Positions 51,403-61,415 of a stretch of DNA of 64,000 nucleotides are shown here, one piece after another. Below the pieces are notes generated by a model, which had not been told where the DNA came from, did not search any database, and saw only the letters and a list, made by a program, of their open reading frames with translations. Origin of the DNA: an uncultured bacterium (GTDB lineage: Bacteria; Babelota; Babeliae; Babelales; Vermiphilaceae). Both the position numbers and the translations under genes were made by a program. Location of the stretch: assembly GCA_963713925.1 (NCBI GenBank), contig OY970212.1:992001-1056000 (forward strand), read 5' to 3'. Every line of letters starts with the position of its first letter. The stretch's first letter is position 1.

Positions 51403-51719
51403 CAAGAAAAAAAAGCACACCAAGAACACATAGAGATTTTCAAGAATTATTGCTCGAGAATCTTCAAGATCCGCAAGAAGCTGCTGCTTACTTAAAAGCT
51501 GCTCTTGCCGATGAAGACGAAAGAGTATTTTTACTTGCATTGCGCGACGTATTAGAAGCGCGCGGTGGAACTATTACCGACCTCGCCGAAGAAACACATT
51601 TAAATAAACAGAATCTCTACCGAATGCTTTCTAAAAAGGGTAATCCTCGTCTCACATCGCTGATTACAGTACTGCATGCTATCGGCTTTGAAATGGATAT
51701 CAATCCGATAAAGAAATAA
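51399..51719 (+). CDS. HTH addiction module antitoxin
   Basis: AAYL, LALRDV, LYRMLSKKGNP; ATGA overlap. Confidence 0.92.
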   Translation: MTRKKSTPRTHRDFQELLLENLQDPQEAAAYLKAALADEDERVFLLALRDVLEARGGTITDLAEETHLNKQNLYRMLSKKGNPRLTSLITVLHAIGFEMDINPIKK

Positions 51720-51924
51720 ATACGAGCTATGCAATTATCAAAAGACGACATTACGCTTACTCGTACAATTTTTTGAGAAATTAGGCAAATTCTCGCCTTA
51801 AGTTAAACTGCAGTCGCTGCAACTGCAGTAGAGCAGTAGCCGAAGCTCCAATCGCACACACGGGAATGTTGCAATCGGGCATTCCCTTCTGCTTTTGCTC
51901 ACATGAGGGACAATCTTGTCTATC

Positions 51925-52362
51925 TCACTCACTGATCTTCACATATCCCTCTTGAACGAGCTGGATAGTTCGCGCCATGGCATCAGTGTTCACCTTGATT
52001 CCGGGTAGCAGGTCTGCATTGCCCCATTTGTGAGCGGCGGCAGTCGCGCCGCATAACTCGACCCGCACACCATTCTTAATCAGAACAGCGACAAGTTCTT
52101 TGTAGGGATTGCCCGTCTTGATCATGCGTTCAATGTTGTACGAGTCGTCGTTTAAAGTCACATGGCCCGCATTGGTATGAAAAACCGCGACAATATCCGA
52201 CTTTACATTCCAATTATGGCTGTCCTTTACGATGAGATTAAGATGGAAAATCGACGCTGGAAGATCCCCTTCAAACGCAAGCGCGCTGATACTGAATACT
52301 GCTTTTACTTCCGATAACTTTACCGGAATATCAATGTGAAGTGCCTTTGCTAATACAGTCAT
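51925..52362 (-). CDS. DsrE family protein
   Basis: GNPY, GVRVELC, LVQEGY. Confidence 0.8.
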   Translation of the reverse strand: MTVLAKALHIDIPVKLSEVKAVFSISALAFEGDLPASIFHLNLIVKDSHNWNVKSDIVAVFHTNAGHVTLNDDSYNIERMIKTGNPYKELVAVLIKNGVRVELCGATAAAHKWGNADLLPGIKVNTDAMARTIQLVQEGYVKISE

Positions 52363-52432
52363 GTTAACTCCTCTTTTCAAAGCTTATGTGAACCGTGGTC
52401 TTGGCGGATGAATGAGACGGCTGGCAGAGAGA

Positions 52433-53080
52433 TTATGCCATGCGCGTGACTACCTCGTCGGTCGATAGCACCTCGTGCGCCAGATATCGGTAGTTGATCA
52501 GCGCCGCCTGGTAGCCATCGCCCCATTCTGGATGGCTCGGCCCGGCGATCGCATCCTTTACAATAGCAACTTCGAAACCTTGCTCAAGGAACTCGCGCAG
52601 ATGGGACTCGACACACATGTTCGCCAACATCCCACCTAGAATGATCTTGCTGATCCCTCTCTTGCGTAGCTGTAGAACGAGGTCATTGGTCTGCGGGCCA
52701 AACACCTTGTGTGGACTAACAACAATTGTCTTGCCATCTTGAATGTAAGGCTTGAAACGGTCTAGCCAGTCTGCTCCTGAATTCGCAATCCCCGTCAGAT
52801 CCAGCGGCCCGACACGCGCGAAGGTACGCGTGCTCAACTCTACAGCTTCGAGCGGTCCATTGATCTTCCAGCCATGATCGGTTGGGTAGAAATAATGGGG
52901 TGAGATAAGCAGCTCATAGTTATTCGCTTTCGCAGACTTGAAAAGTCGCTCTAAGTTCCCGATAATACCGTTCTTGATGACGCTGGCACCAACCAAGCCC
53001 CAACTCGTGCCCTTCTCGGATAGAAAATCATTTTGTGGATCGATTACAACAACAGCAGTATCACGATTATTAAATTTCAT
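52433..53080 (-). CDS. Isochorismatase-family cysteine hydrolase
   Basis: IDPQNDF, HK, ANMCVES (D-K-C triad). Confidence 0.92.
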   Translation of the reverse strand: MKFNNRDTAVVVIDPQNDFLSEKGTSWGLVGASVIKNGIIGNLERLFKSAKANNYELLISPHYFYPTDHGWKINGPLEAVELSTRTFARVGPLDLTGIANSGADWLDRFKPYIQDGKTIVVSPHKVFGPQTNDLVLQLRKRGISKIILGGMLANMCVESHLREFLEQGFEVAIVKDAIAGPSHPEWGDGYQAALINYRYLAHEVLSTDEVVTRMA

Positions 53081-53141
53081 CTTGAACTTTCCCGTTTTTA
53101 CTGAAAATATATGATGGTTTTTTCAATCTTATGGAATAACT

Positions 53142-54305
53142 TCATGGCACAACAGGTCTTTTATTCTTAGAGATTTTTGCCAAAACTGATTCATCGATAT
53201 TTAAATGCGCGCGCACGAGTTCATGTGGCGTAAATGCAAGCCAATGAGCAAGTGAAACATCGGCGAAGTAATCACTTTTAAACACTTCTAGAAATCGCAA
53301 TGTGGTATCTCCAATATTCTCAATGTAATGACCCGTTTGAATAGGAACAACTCCCACATCGCCAGCCTGATAATTAAAAGTCCGTGCCATTCCAACAGGA
53401 GTATATACTGTCATGCGGGCTTGCCCGGAAATGTAATATTGCCATTCATCAGCATTTGGATGCCAGTGCAGTTCGCGCATGCCGCCCGGCTCAATTTCCA
53501 CCAATGCCGCTGCAATTGTTTTTGAAGCGGGAAATACACTTGAGTCAACAATGCGAACAGTCCCACTTTTTGTGCGAATTGGTTTTTGAGCCATCATTTT
53601 GTGGCTAAATGTCTGCGGCACAGGCCCGTTGCCAATTACACGATCCTTAGAAAGTGGCCCCGGAACTTTTGTTTGTAACATGTAAAGTTCTTTTGTGGGA
53701 ATTCGTGCAAATGCACTTTCGGCTACCTGAAAATTTTTTGCAATCACTTCCGGTGGCATATGTGCCAAAAAGTCGCTCAAAGAAAATGTTTCACTTTCCG
53801 AGAAATTGCCATCATCAAACACAAGCAAAAATTCACAGCCATCATCACCAAGCCCTTGAATCGAGTGAGGAATTCCTGCCGGAAAATACCATAAATCACC
53901 TTCAAATACATCATCCTGAAATGTGCATCCATTTTGATCGACAGCAGTAATGCGCGCGCCCCCTTTAATCATATAAGACCATTCAGCAGCATGGTGCCAG
54001 TGTAGCTCGCGCACTCCTCCTGCCGTAAGCCGCATATTGACGCCAGCAAGTGATTTTGCAATTGGCAATTCACGAATGGTAGTCTCGCGCGACCACCCGC
54101 CTTCTTCTAAGCGCATATGGCTATCTGCAAAAGACCACTTTAAATTTGGTAGCAAACCCTTGTCGGTGGGCGGCGGCACCAGAAGATCAGGATTTTGTAC
54201 TTCTAATTGCAGGTTTCTTGGGCCAATTATGTTTCCTCCCAAATCGCCTCTCATCGGCTCAAACTTATGCGCTGAACTTTTTTGAGCGGTACTTTTTTTC
54301 TTCAT
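53142..54305 (-). CDS. oxdC: Oxalate decarboxylase family bicupin
   Basis: RELHWH twice, PHSIQG, FSESETF lid, GHYIEN. Confidence 0.92.
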   Translation of the reverse strand: MKKKSTAQKSSAHKFEPMRGDLGGNIIGPRNLQLEVQNPDLLVPPPTDKGLLPNLKWSFADSHMRLEEGGWSRETTIRELPIAKSLAGVNMRLTAGGVRELHWHHAAEWSYMIKGGARITAVDQNGCTFQDDVFEGDLWYFPAGIPHSIQGLGDDGCEFLLVFDDGNFSESETFSLSDFLAHMPPEVIAKNFQVAESAFARIPTKELYMLQTKVPGPLSKDRVIGNGPVPQTFSHKMMAQKPIRTKSGTVRIVDSSVFPASKTIAAALVEIEPGGMRELHWHPNADEWQYYISGQARMTVYTPVGMARTFNYQAGDVGVVPIQTGHYIENIGDTTLRFLEVFKSDYFADVSLAHWLAFTPHELVRAHLNIDESVLAKISKNKRPVVP

Positions 54306-54452
54306 AAAAAACTCCACATAATTTCTTACTTTCAGTAACTATCCGACAATTTAGAAAAATCATGCAACCGGAAGCAAGAAATATTGCGTTTCATTTGAAG
54401 TACTATTTAGTCTATGTTGATAACTAAGGAACTGCAGAGGATTAAAAGGAAC

Positions 54453-55529
54453 ATGATGATTCGAAAATTCCTCAAAGTATTGCCATTGATATTATTTCTA
54501 ATAGTGATTCAGGGAGCGTCCCACATTAATAAGTCTCATACGCAACGTTTGAAGCATGCTGTAGTTTTTATCACGGGAGGCACGAGTGGCATAGGCCTGG
54601 CAACTGCTGTTGCATGTGCCGCTGAAGGTGCTGCGCATGTCATCGTATGCGGACGCAGAAAATCAAAATGGATTGAAGCACAAAAATACGTTGATTCTCG
54701 ATTATCTCCTGAGCAAAAAAATTGCATTGAATATTGGCCATGTGATGTTCGCGTTGAATCACAAGTGAAGAGTGTTATTGAGAAGATATTTGCTCAATTT
54801 GGCAGATTAGATATTTGCTTTAATAATGCTGGCGTTCAACCAGGCATAGTAACTGGTGCTGATAGTGGATTTATCACAGAAATGTTTTTTGAATCATCTA
54901 TAGCTCCAGATGGATCTATTATGTATCGTGTTCCGCCACCACAACCCGAATCGGACATTCAGTTTCAAAACACAAAATGCAAACCAACACAAACAACACC
55001 CGCATCTCCTTTTTGTGAATCTGAGATCGCTACAAGCTGCATTGGCGTGTTTTATTGCTTAAAGTGGGAGATTAATTATATTTTTGAAAAACAACCAAAA
55101 AATCTTCCCGTTTCAATTATTAGCACTTCAAGCAGAAATGGTGTATTGCCTGATGCGCATCGGCCATTATATGCCGCCAGTAAAGCATTCATATTAGCAT
55201 TAACAAGAAGCACTTCAAATCAAGTCGCGCAAAAATCGATAAAAAATAAACGCGCAATGGTGAGAATTAATGCGGTCAGCCCTGGGCCAATAGATACGCC
55301 ATTAGAATTTGGAGCATACGGTGCAACACCTTCCAATCTCCAACAATACAACACCTATGTAAAAGCAGCTACAGTTGGCGTTCCTATGAAAAGAACTGGT
55401 AACCCAGAAGACATTGCTCATGCAGTTTTGTTTTTAGCGGATGTTCATACTTCAAGTTATATAACTGGAGCAAATATATGTGTTGATGGTGGTCATACTG
55501 GTTCACCACTGCTCTGTCAGTGTGAATAA
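54453..55529 (+). CDS. SDR oxidoreductase with N-terminal hydrophobic leader and insertion
   Basis: TGGTSGIG, NNAG, YAASK, PGPIDT, VDGG. Confidence 0.85.
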   Translation: MMIRKFLKVLPLILFLIVIQGASHINKSHTQRLKHAVVFITGGTSGIGLATAVACAAEGAAHVIVCGRRKSKWIEAQKYVDSRLSPEQKNCIEYWPCDVRVESQVKSVIEKIFAQFGRLDICFNNAGVQPGIVTGADSGFITEMFFESSIAPDGSIMYRVPPPQPESDIQFQNTKCKPTQTTPASPFCESEIATSCIGVFYCLKWEINYIFEKQPKNLPVSIISTSSRNGVLPDAHRPLYAASKAFILALTRSTSNQVAQKSIKNKRAMVRINAVSPGPIDTPLEFGAYGATPSNLQQYNTYVKAATVGVPMKRTGNPEDIAHAVLFLADVHTSSYITGANICVDGGHTGSPLLCQCE

Positions 55530-55638
55530 TAACAAGAACGTGTTTTGATTTTCAGGATGCGAGGTATATGATCAGGCACTCCAATTTATTGCCAATCCTT
55601 GCTATGAAGCTATTCTTGGAAGAAAACAAGATCTTCTT

Positions 55639-56478
55639 TCAGTCTTCGATTTCATACATATGAATCCACGTCAACTCAGGCGTAATTAAAACTTCGTTCG
55701 GATCACAAAAATGTGACCAAAAAACCTCTGTCACACACGGCTGATAAGATCCATCCGGTCGCAATTCTCTAGTTGTTGTCAAATCCCAATGCAACGGAGA
55801 AATCAAGCATACTTCCTCTAAGGTTATTTTTTTATCAGTGATCAATCGAAATACAATGTCTTGAGCTTTATCAACTTTCCAATAATCGGTAATATGGGTA
55901 CATACCACTTCAATATCCGGAAATATCCTCTTGCATAAAATATTCAGCCCATACAAAATCCGTTTAATTATGTCTTCAGATGAATCATCCACTATACACC
56001 GTATGCATATCCATGACCTCATAGTATCGTACAAAGCAGGATAATATTTCTCCGTGCGAATAATACTGAAGACATCAACGTCTGTAACTTCTGAGCTCAT
56101 GAATATTTCACAACGACCTTCCGGGATATCCCTCGACCAGCTGATACTTTCGACAAAATATTTTTCATAAGGATAAATAGTATATTTTGTAGATGGATGT
56201 GAATTCCACTCTTCTATATCAAACATCTCGGCAAATCGAGCTACATTATCAGGTTCCTTATCCACACACGTATAGATAAGCTCTGAAAGTACCCCGCGCT
56301 TATATTTTTTTCTAGTGAGCTCGCATGTTACATGAGGCGCATATAAAGCAAAACAACCCTTTAGTCGATCGGTAAGATCGTAAACTAATCGCTCAGTTCC
56401 TTCCCGCTTTCCATCAATTTCTATATGAACTTCACATGTATCAGAATACAAACTATTTTTCTTATCTGTTTTGCACAT
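55639..56478 (-). CDS. Candidate immunity protein, tandem double domain
   Basis: C-half has IRC, YWK, LHWD, PELTWIH; N-half is a degenerate copy; TAATG overlap. Confidence 0.65.
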   Translation of the reverse strand: MCKTDKKNSLYSDTCEVHIEIDGKREGTERLVYDLTDRLKGCFALYAPHVTCELTRKKYKRGVLSELIYTCVDKEPDNVARFAEMFDIEEWNSHPSTKYTIYPYEKYFVESISWSRDIPEGRCEIFMSSEVTDVDVFSIIRTEKYYPALYDTMRSWICIRCIVDDSSEDIIKRILYGLNILCKRIFPDIEVVCTHITDYWKVDKAQDIVFRLITDKKITLEEVCLISPLHWDLTTTRELRPDGSYQPCVTEVFWSHFCDPNEVLITPELTWIHMYEIED

Positions 56479-56882
56479 TACTTCTCGACCTTATCTTCTG
56501 ACCACGTATAAATATGAACCCATCGCACTTCAGGTAAAAAAAATTCATCTTGTGGGCACTCAATTTTACTCCATAAACCTTCCTCATCTAAATACCGTTC
56601 AGTAGAACCCGCATTATGGCCAACGCTACTTAAATACTCCCAATGCAATGGGATATGATTTAAGAAATCAATAACTCGTAGCGGCTCATCACTCTTCATC
56701 TGAAATATCACATCTTTATCTTCAGGATATTTCCAATAATTTTCACCGGAATATAACAAGCAAGATGCCTTTGGTAATAACTTTTGAACTTCTCTTTTTA
56801 AGCGATCAAACAAATCCTGAACATGATGCTCAGTACCTTTTTCTATAAAACACCGAATCATAAAACTTTTGCATTGTTTCAT
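56478..56882 (-). CDS. Candidate immunity protein (YWKxPED family)
   Basis: FMIRC, YWKYPEDK, LPEVRWVHIYTW. Confidence 0.75.
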   Translation of the reverse strand: MKQCKSFMIRCFIEKGTEHHVQDLFDRLKREVQKLLPKASCLLYSGENYWKYPEDKDVIFQMKSDEPLRVIDFLNHIPLHWEYLSSVGHNAGSTERYLDEEGLWSKIECPQDEFFLPEVRWVHIYTWSEDKVEK

Positions 56883-57298
56883 TTATGATTGCTTTCAACT
56901 TCTCTTGGCCATGAATAAGCGTGAAGCCAATTTATTTTAGGAAAGAGAAATACTTCTTCCGGATGTCCTATTTGGTTCCAAATAGCTTCTTCTTTCCGAT
57001 AAGGCTTCGGCATGTCAGCGTCAGCATCATGCGCACGACTCTCATGGTAATCCCAAGTCAAAGGTATCTTGGATGTTAAGTCTATAATTCTCAACGGTTG
57101 ATCACTGTAAATAACATAAATTTCTTCTCTATCTTCTGGACATTTCCAATAATGATCAGAAGACCAAATATCTATTTTAGCTTGAGGGAAAACATTCCGA
57201 ATCAAAGACGTTAATCCTGCAAATAACTGTTGCGCGTCTTCTTGGGTGCCGTTATTAATAAGACATTTGACCATAAAAGCCTTACAATAATTAATCAT
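56879..57298 (-). CDS. Candidate immunity protein (YWKxPED family)
   Basis: FMVKC, YWKCPEDR, PKINWLHAYSW; ATGA overlap with the toxin remnant. Confidence 0.75.
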   Translation of the reverse strand: MINYCKAFMVKCLINNGTQEDAQQLFAGLTSLIRNVFPQAKIDIWSSDHYWKCPEDREEIYVIYSDQPLRIIDLTSKIPLTWDYHESRAHDADADMPKPYRKEEAIWNQIGHPEEVFLFPKINWLHAYSWPREVESNHK

Positions 57299-57399
57299 TT
57301 ATGTGTAACCCTTCCTTTAAAACTCACATTCAAATGAATATTATCTCGAGTCATCCAACCAACCTGCTGTTTGCCTTGAGGAGATAATTGAACATCCCA
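57295..57399 (-). pseudogene. Orphan toxin C-terminal remnant (34 aa)
   Basis: WDVQLSPQGKQQVGWMTRDNIHLNVSFKGRVTHK*; in-frame stop two codons upstream. Confidence 0.88.
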
Positions 57400-57494
57400 A
57401 CATTAAACCCAATCTCGCAAGCTCCGATTGAGACTGTCAAATCCCATTAGCTTAGAAAGACATCAAAAAAGAACACGGGAAATTTTCTAAAAGA

Positions 57495-57914
57495 TCATTC
57501 CACTAACGGCAGATTTTCAACGTTATCCCAAAACCATGTATAGACATGAACCCAATTAACGCTTGGTAAAAAAAATGATTCTTCAGAATCTTCATACTGA
57601 TGCCAAGTCGCTCTTTCATCGAAAAAGACTTCTTTTGTTTCAGAATCGTGAGCAACCCCGCTTTTATACTCCCAACTTAGTGTTATATGACTAATGAAGT
57701 TAATAACCTTTAAAGGTTCTGTGCCGCTTACCTTGAAAATCACTTCCTTATCTTCCGGGTATTTCCAATAATGCCTATTTGCAAACAATGAAAATTGCAC
57801 ATCATTAAAAACCTTATTGACAAGTCGTTCTATGGAATTAGATAATTTTTGAACATCCTCATCATTCCCCTGCCATATATGACATTTGATCATAAAATTT
57901 TTACAGTATTTCAT
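57495..57914 (-). CDS. Candidate cognate immunity protein of toxin A
   Basis: ATGA overlap with the toxin; YWKYPEDK. Confidence 0.78.
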   Translation of the reverse strand: MKYCKNFMIKCHIWQGNDEDVQKLSNSIERLVNKVFNDVQFSLFANRHYWKYPEDKEVIFKVSGTEPLKVINFISHITLSWEYKSGVAHDSETKEVFFDERATWHQYEDSEESFFLPSVNWVHVYTWFWDNVENLPLVE

Positions 57915-59845
57915 TTGTGGGTTACCCTACCTTTAAGACTTACATTCAAATGTGTGTTATCTCGCGTCATCCATCCGACTTGCTGTACTCCTTGGGGAGA
58001 GAGTTGCACATCCCATTCTACACGCTCTTGCTTGAAACCCCGCGCTCCAATGGTTCTTGATTTTCCTTCTACCCAAATATTTTTAAACCTATCAACAAAC
58101 CCCTCATCACCATTTTTAGAAATACCCCTTGGCAGCCCATTTGCAACATCAAACTTTTTAGGTGGGACATATCGTAGCTTACCAGTATGGGGCAATTCAG
58201 CTGCCTTTACCAAACTCTTGATACTCGTCTTTTTATTATTACGTTTTCTAAGTTTTTTGAGAGCGGACTTACTTAATTGTTTTACATCAGCTGAAGTACT
58301 CGATGTAAATTTCGCGGCGCTCTGACCAGCACAAAATGATTCATCAACGGCCTTGAACATTACTCCTTCGGGAGTTGTCATATACATCTGCGGAGTCGCA
58401 AGTGGATTTTTTTCTATATAGTTGATCGCTTTGGTTTTAACGGTTGAATAGAATTTGCCCAAACCACCTAAGATCTTGCCCTGCGTTTTGTATTGCACGA
58501 CAAGCTTGGTTCCCTGTTTGAGAGCATCACGTAAGGAAATTTCATTATTTGCAAAAGCCGTTCCAACTGCGGTAATCACATTCGTAATCGGAGCAATATA
58601 ATCATCCCATTTTTCTCGACCCGCTTGCGCATCAATCAAGCTCGTAATACCGATATCGGCCAAATTGGTGGCAATTTTAAGAGCCTGATATGCCATGACA
58701 TAGTTGCCAATCGTCAAGCTTGCAACCGTTTGTAACGGATTATTGTAAATATCAACAACCGCACCGATCGCACCTTCTACAGCTCCCTCAATGACAGCCG
58801 AACAACAATCCAAAATCCCCCAACACACATCAGCAACTGACATTGCTTTTTCAGTCTTACCTGCCTGATTGAGCATTCGGGCACCGTCAGCAAGATCAAT
58901 GAGCGCATCCTTATGCTCATATGCTGGATGATCGCTGGAAAGATGAATCGCGCGATCAACGATATCTATGCATTCTTGGTGAATTGTTTGTTGTAATGCA
59001 GAACCATAGCAGTGTTCATATTCGTATGGTGATGCTTGATGCTGCCGAAGTTTTTGTTTGACGTCATCAGAGAGACAATATTCTTTATGTTCAAAGTGAA
59101 GCAATGCCTCATCGGCAAAGATCGCTTGCATGCGTCGCTCAAAACGATCTGATTGCGTGTCACAATCGTCATATAAATCTAGCGCATCGTAATAATCATC
59201 GATATTTTCATTAAACTCATGCGAATTATCTTTGTAACCGTCTCTGATAATTGCTTCGTTGCGCAAGCGAGCTTGACGTTTTCTTTCCGCAACTTCTCGC
59301 CGATTTTTTATATCCTTGCACTCACCGGCAATACAATTAAGATGGCATAATCCCTCATCGCAATGCATATGCCAATTATAGCCGGTATAATTATATTTTT
59401 TGCACAATCTCTCATATGCCACTAAAAGATTATCTTCATAATTTCCGACATGCGACTTTAAAAATGCCCTATAAGCCGGACTTGTATACAACTGCCACTG
59501 ATCAAACAACCAATCGGGATCTGAAATTTTTCCGGTAAATCGAGCCGCTTCGGCAAATTCTTCACCCGACCACTCTTTGCACTTTTTTTGATTGTTAATC
59601 AATTGATTGTAACGCGCTATTTCTTGATTATGGAGAGCCTTTTCCAACTGAGCAAGTTGCTCTTGCAAACTCAGATTTGGCAATCTTGTGCGCAATCTTT
59701 TTTGAGATGTGTTTTTTATTGTGATTCCGTTGTTTTCCCGCTTATTTTTACCATAGACAACCTCAAGATCGATAGGATTTTCATTTTTGGAATATGTGGT
59801 AATCGAGAGAAAACAGACGCATAAAAGAAATTTGAGAATCAGCAT
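57911..59845 (-). CDS. Polymorphic toxin A with Ntox17-like C-terminal domain
   Basis: Signal peptide; LPHTGKLRYVPP, GFVDRFKNIW, EWDVQLS, HLNVS..GRVTH. Confidence 0.82.
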   Translation of the reverse strand: MLILKFLLCVCFLSITTYSKNENPIDLEVVYGKNKRENNGITIKNTSQKRLRTRLPNLSLQEQLAQLEKALHNQEIARYNQLINNQKKCKEWSGEEFAEAARFTGKISDPDWLFDQWQLYTSPAYRAFLKSHVGNYEDNLLVAYERLCKKYNYTGYNWHMHCDEGLCHLNCIAGECKDIKNRREVAERKRQARLRNEAIIRDGYKDNSHEFNENIDDYYDALDLYDDCDTQSDRFERRMQAIFADEALLHFEHKEYCLSDDVKQKLRQHQASPYEYEHCYGSALQQTIHQECIDIVDRAIHLSSDHPAYEHKDALIDLADGARMLNQAGKTEKAMSVADVCWGILDCCSAVIEGAVEGAIGAVVDIYNNPLQTVASLTIGNYVMAYQALKIATNLADIGITSLIDAQAGREKWDDYIAPITNVITAVGTAFANNEISLRDALKQGTKLVVQYKTQGKILGGLGKFYSTVKTKAINYIEKNPLATPQMYMTTPEGVMFKAVDESFCAGQSAAKFTSSTSADVKQLSKSALKKLRKRNNKKTSIKSLVKAAELPHTGKLRYVPPKKFDVANGLPRGISKNGDEGFVDRFKNIWVEGKSRTIGARGFKQERVEWDVQLSPQGVQQVGWMTRDNTHLNVSLKGRVTHK

Positions 59846-59948
59846 ATGAGGCATCCTTTGTTAATTCCAGCATACTACAGAAAATATTTCAAAAAAAGAC
59901 ACCGCCTTAATGATTAAGACGGTGCATGCAATATATTGTTCCGATTAT

Positions 59949-60335
59949 TTACTGAATCTTATATTTATTGAGAAATTTTTTTACTTTAAAAGCCTTGTTG
60001 TAGAAACGAAGCACTTCATGAGTTGCAGCATTAAAATCCTTCGTTTGTTGAAAATGGCAATGTCTACCTTTATAGATATACCACTGAGACATATCTTTGT
60101 AAGTACTCGCCATGACTTTTTGTGCAGTCTTACGTTTGCATGAATTGATGCAACTATATAACTTACGTAGCCCCTCTTCTCTCATCGCTTTTGATTCAGG
60201 ATAATTTCTTGCATCTAATCCGACAGCAGCAAAAGTAGATCCACAAACTTCCGCACATTGAAATAAATCTTCAGCCTTTTCTGCGGCAAAAGCAATTCCA
60301 ACTGTAGAGATTAAAAGTAACGCAAGTAATTTCAT
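59949..60335 (-). CDS. Small secreted Cys-containing protein
   Basis: AAGGA SD, signal peptide, CAEVC and CINSC. Confidence 0.7.
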   Translation of the reverse strand: MKLLALLLISTVGIAFAAEKAEDLFQCAEVCGSTFAAVGLDARNYPESKAMREEGLRKLYSCINSCKRKTAQKVMASTYKDMSQWYIYKGRHCHFQQTKDFNAATHEVLRFYNKAFKVKKFLNKYKIQ

Positions 60336-60595
60336 ATGAATTCCTTAGAAAAAAATGGCCCAATATTACTGAAGTTTTGCCGCACACGGTTATAGATATA
60401 AATACCAATAAATACCTTACTGGCGTAGTCTGGCCGTGCCAGCCATAGCCTTCGCTAAACCTCATCGTCAGCCGTCTCAAGGCGACGGCTGGTGGACCGA
60501 ATCGGATGATTTTAGCAACTTCAATATAGATGAAAAGCTGTTATTTGCAATAAAACAATTCATGCAAGAGACTTCATTAATTATTTAAATAACTA

Positions 60596-61015
60596 TCACT
60601 CAACGTTTTCTTCTGGCCAGGTATAAATATGTACCCAAGTAATCTCAGGCATCAAAAAACTTTCTTCAGGATGCACATTTTTACTCCAAATGGCGTTTTC
60701 ATTATGAAAAGTTTTCTTTTGGGTTACTTCGTAACAGTTGTTTCCTCTAAAATTCCATGCGATAGGAATTACTTTAATAAAGCGTGAAACACCATAAGTC
60801 TCTCGACCCAAAATCTCATAAATTACTTCTTTGTCTTCAGGAAACTTCCAATAATATGCGTTAATGGCAAGCTCACATGAAGCTTGCGGAAATTGCTCTT
60901 TCAAGAACTGCTTCAATTTCATTGTAAGCTCAGCAACATGTTCTTCTGTACCATTGTGAATCATGCACCGCACCATATAACTTTTACTAAAAAACACTTG
61001 ACCGGATTCACTCAT
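60596..61015 (-). CDS. Candidate immunity protein (YWKxPED family)
   Basis: YMVRC, YWKFPEDK, MPEITWVHIYTW; ATGAGTGA overlap. Confidence 0.75.
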   Translation of the reverse strand: MSESGQVFFSKSYMVRCMIHNGTEEHVAELTMKLKQFLKEQFPQASCELAINAYYWKFPEDKEVIYEILGRETYGVSRFIKVIPIAWNFRGNNCYEVTQKKTFHNENAIWSKNVHPEESFLMPEITWVHIYTWPEENVE

Positions 61016-61415
61016 CCTCAACCTCATCTACAGGCCAAGTATAAACACGGATCCAATAAATTTCGGGCAATAAAAATCGCTCTTGAGAATCACTCTCTCT
61101 TCTCCAAAGAGCCTCTTCACTAAAATAAAGTTTATCTGTATCCGCATCGCGAGCAATCTCACTTTTATACTCCCAGCTCAACATGGTATTTCCTATAAAG
61201 TAAGCCACATTGAGCGCCTTTTGACTTTTTATTTCAAAAATAAGTTGCTTGTCTTCCGGATACTTCCAATAATATTCGTCCGAACGCAAAGATACCTTTG
61301 CATCTTCAAATATATCTTCGATAAATGTAGTTAATGTTTCTAATAGTTTTCTGATATGATCTTCTGAAGCTTTTTCCAAAAAACATTTAATCATAAAAAT
61401 ATTACTGCGTTTCAT
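61008..61415 (-). CDS. Candidate cognate immunity protein of toxin B
   Basis: ATGA overlap with the toxin; YWKYPEDK. Confidence 0.78.
   Translation of the reverse strand: MKRSNIFMIKCFLEKASEDHIRKLLETLTTFIEDIFEDAKVSLRSDEYYWKYPEDKQLIFEIKSQKALNVAYFIGNTMLSWEYKSEIARDADTDKLYFSEEALWRRESDSQERFLLPEIYWIRVYTWPVDEVEDE

Noticed and set aside
48045..51719. Prophage or ICE
   Set aside because: umuDC and a TA pair are present, but no integrase, structural or conjugation genes
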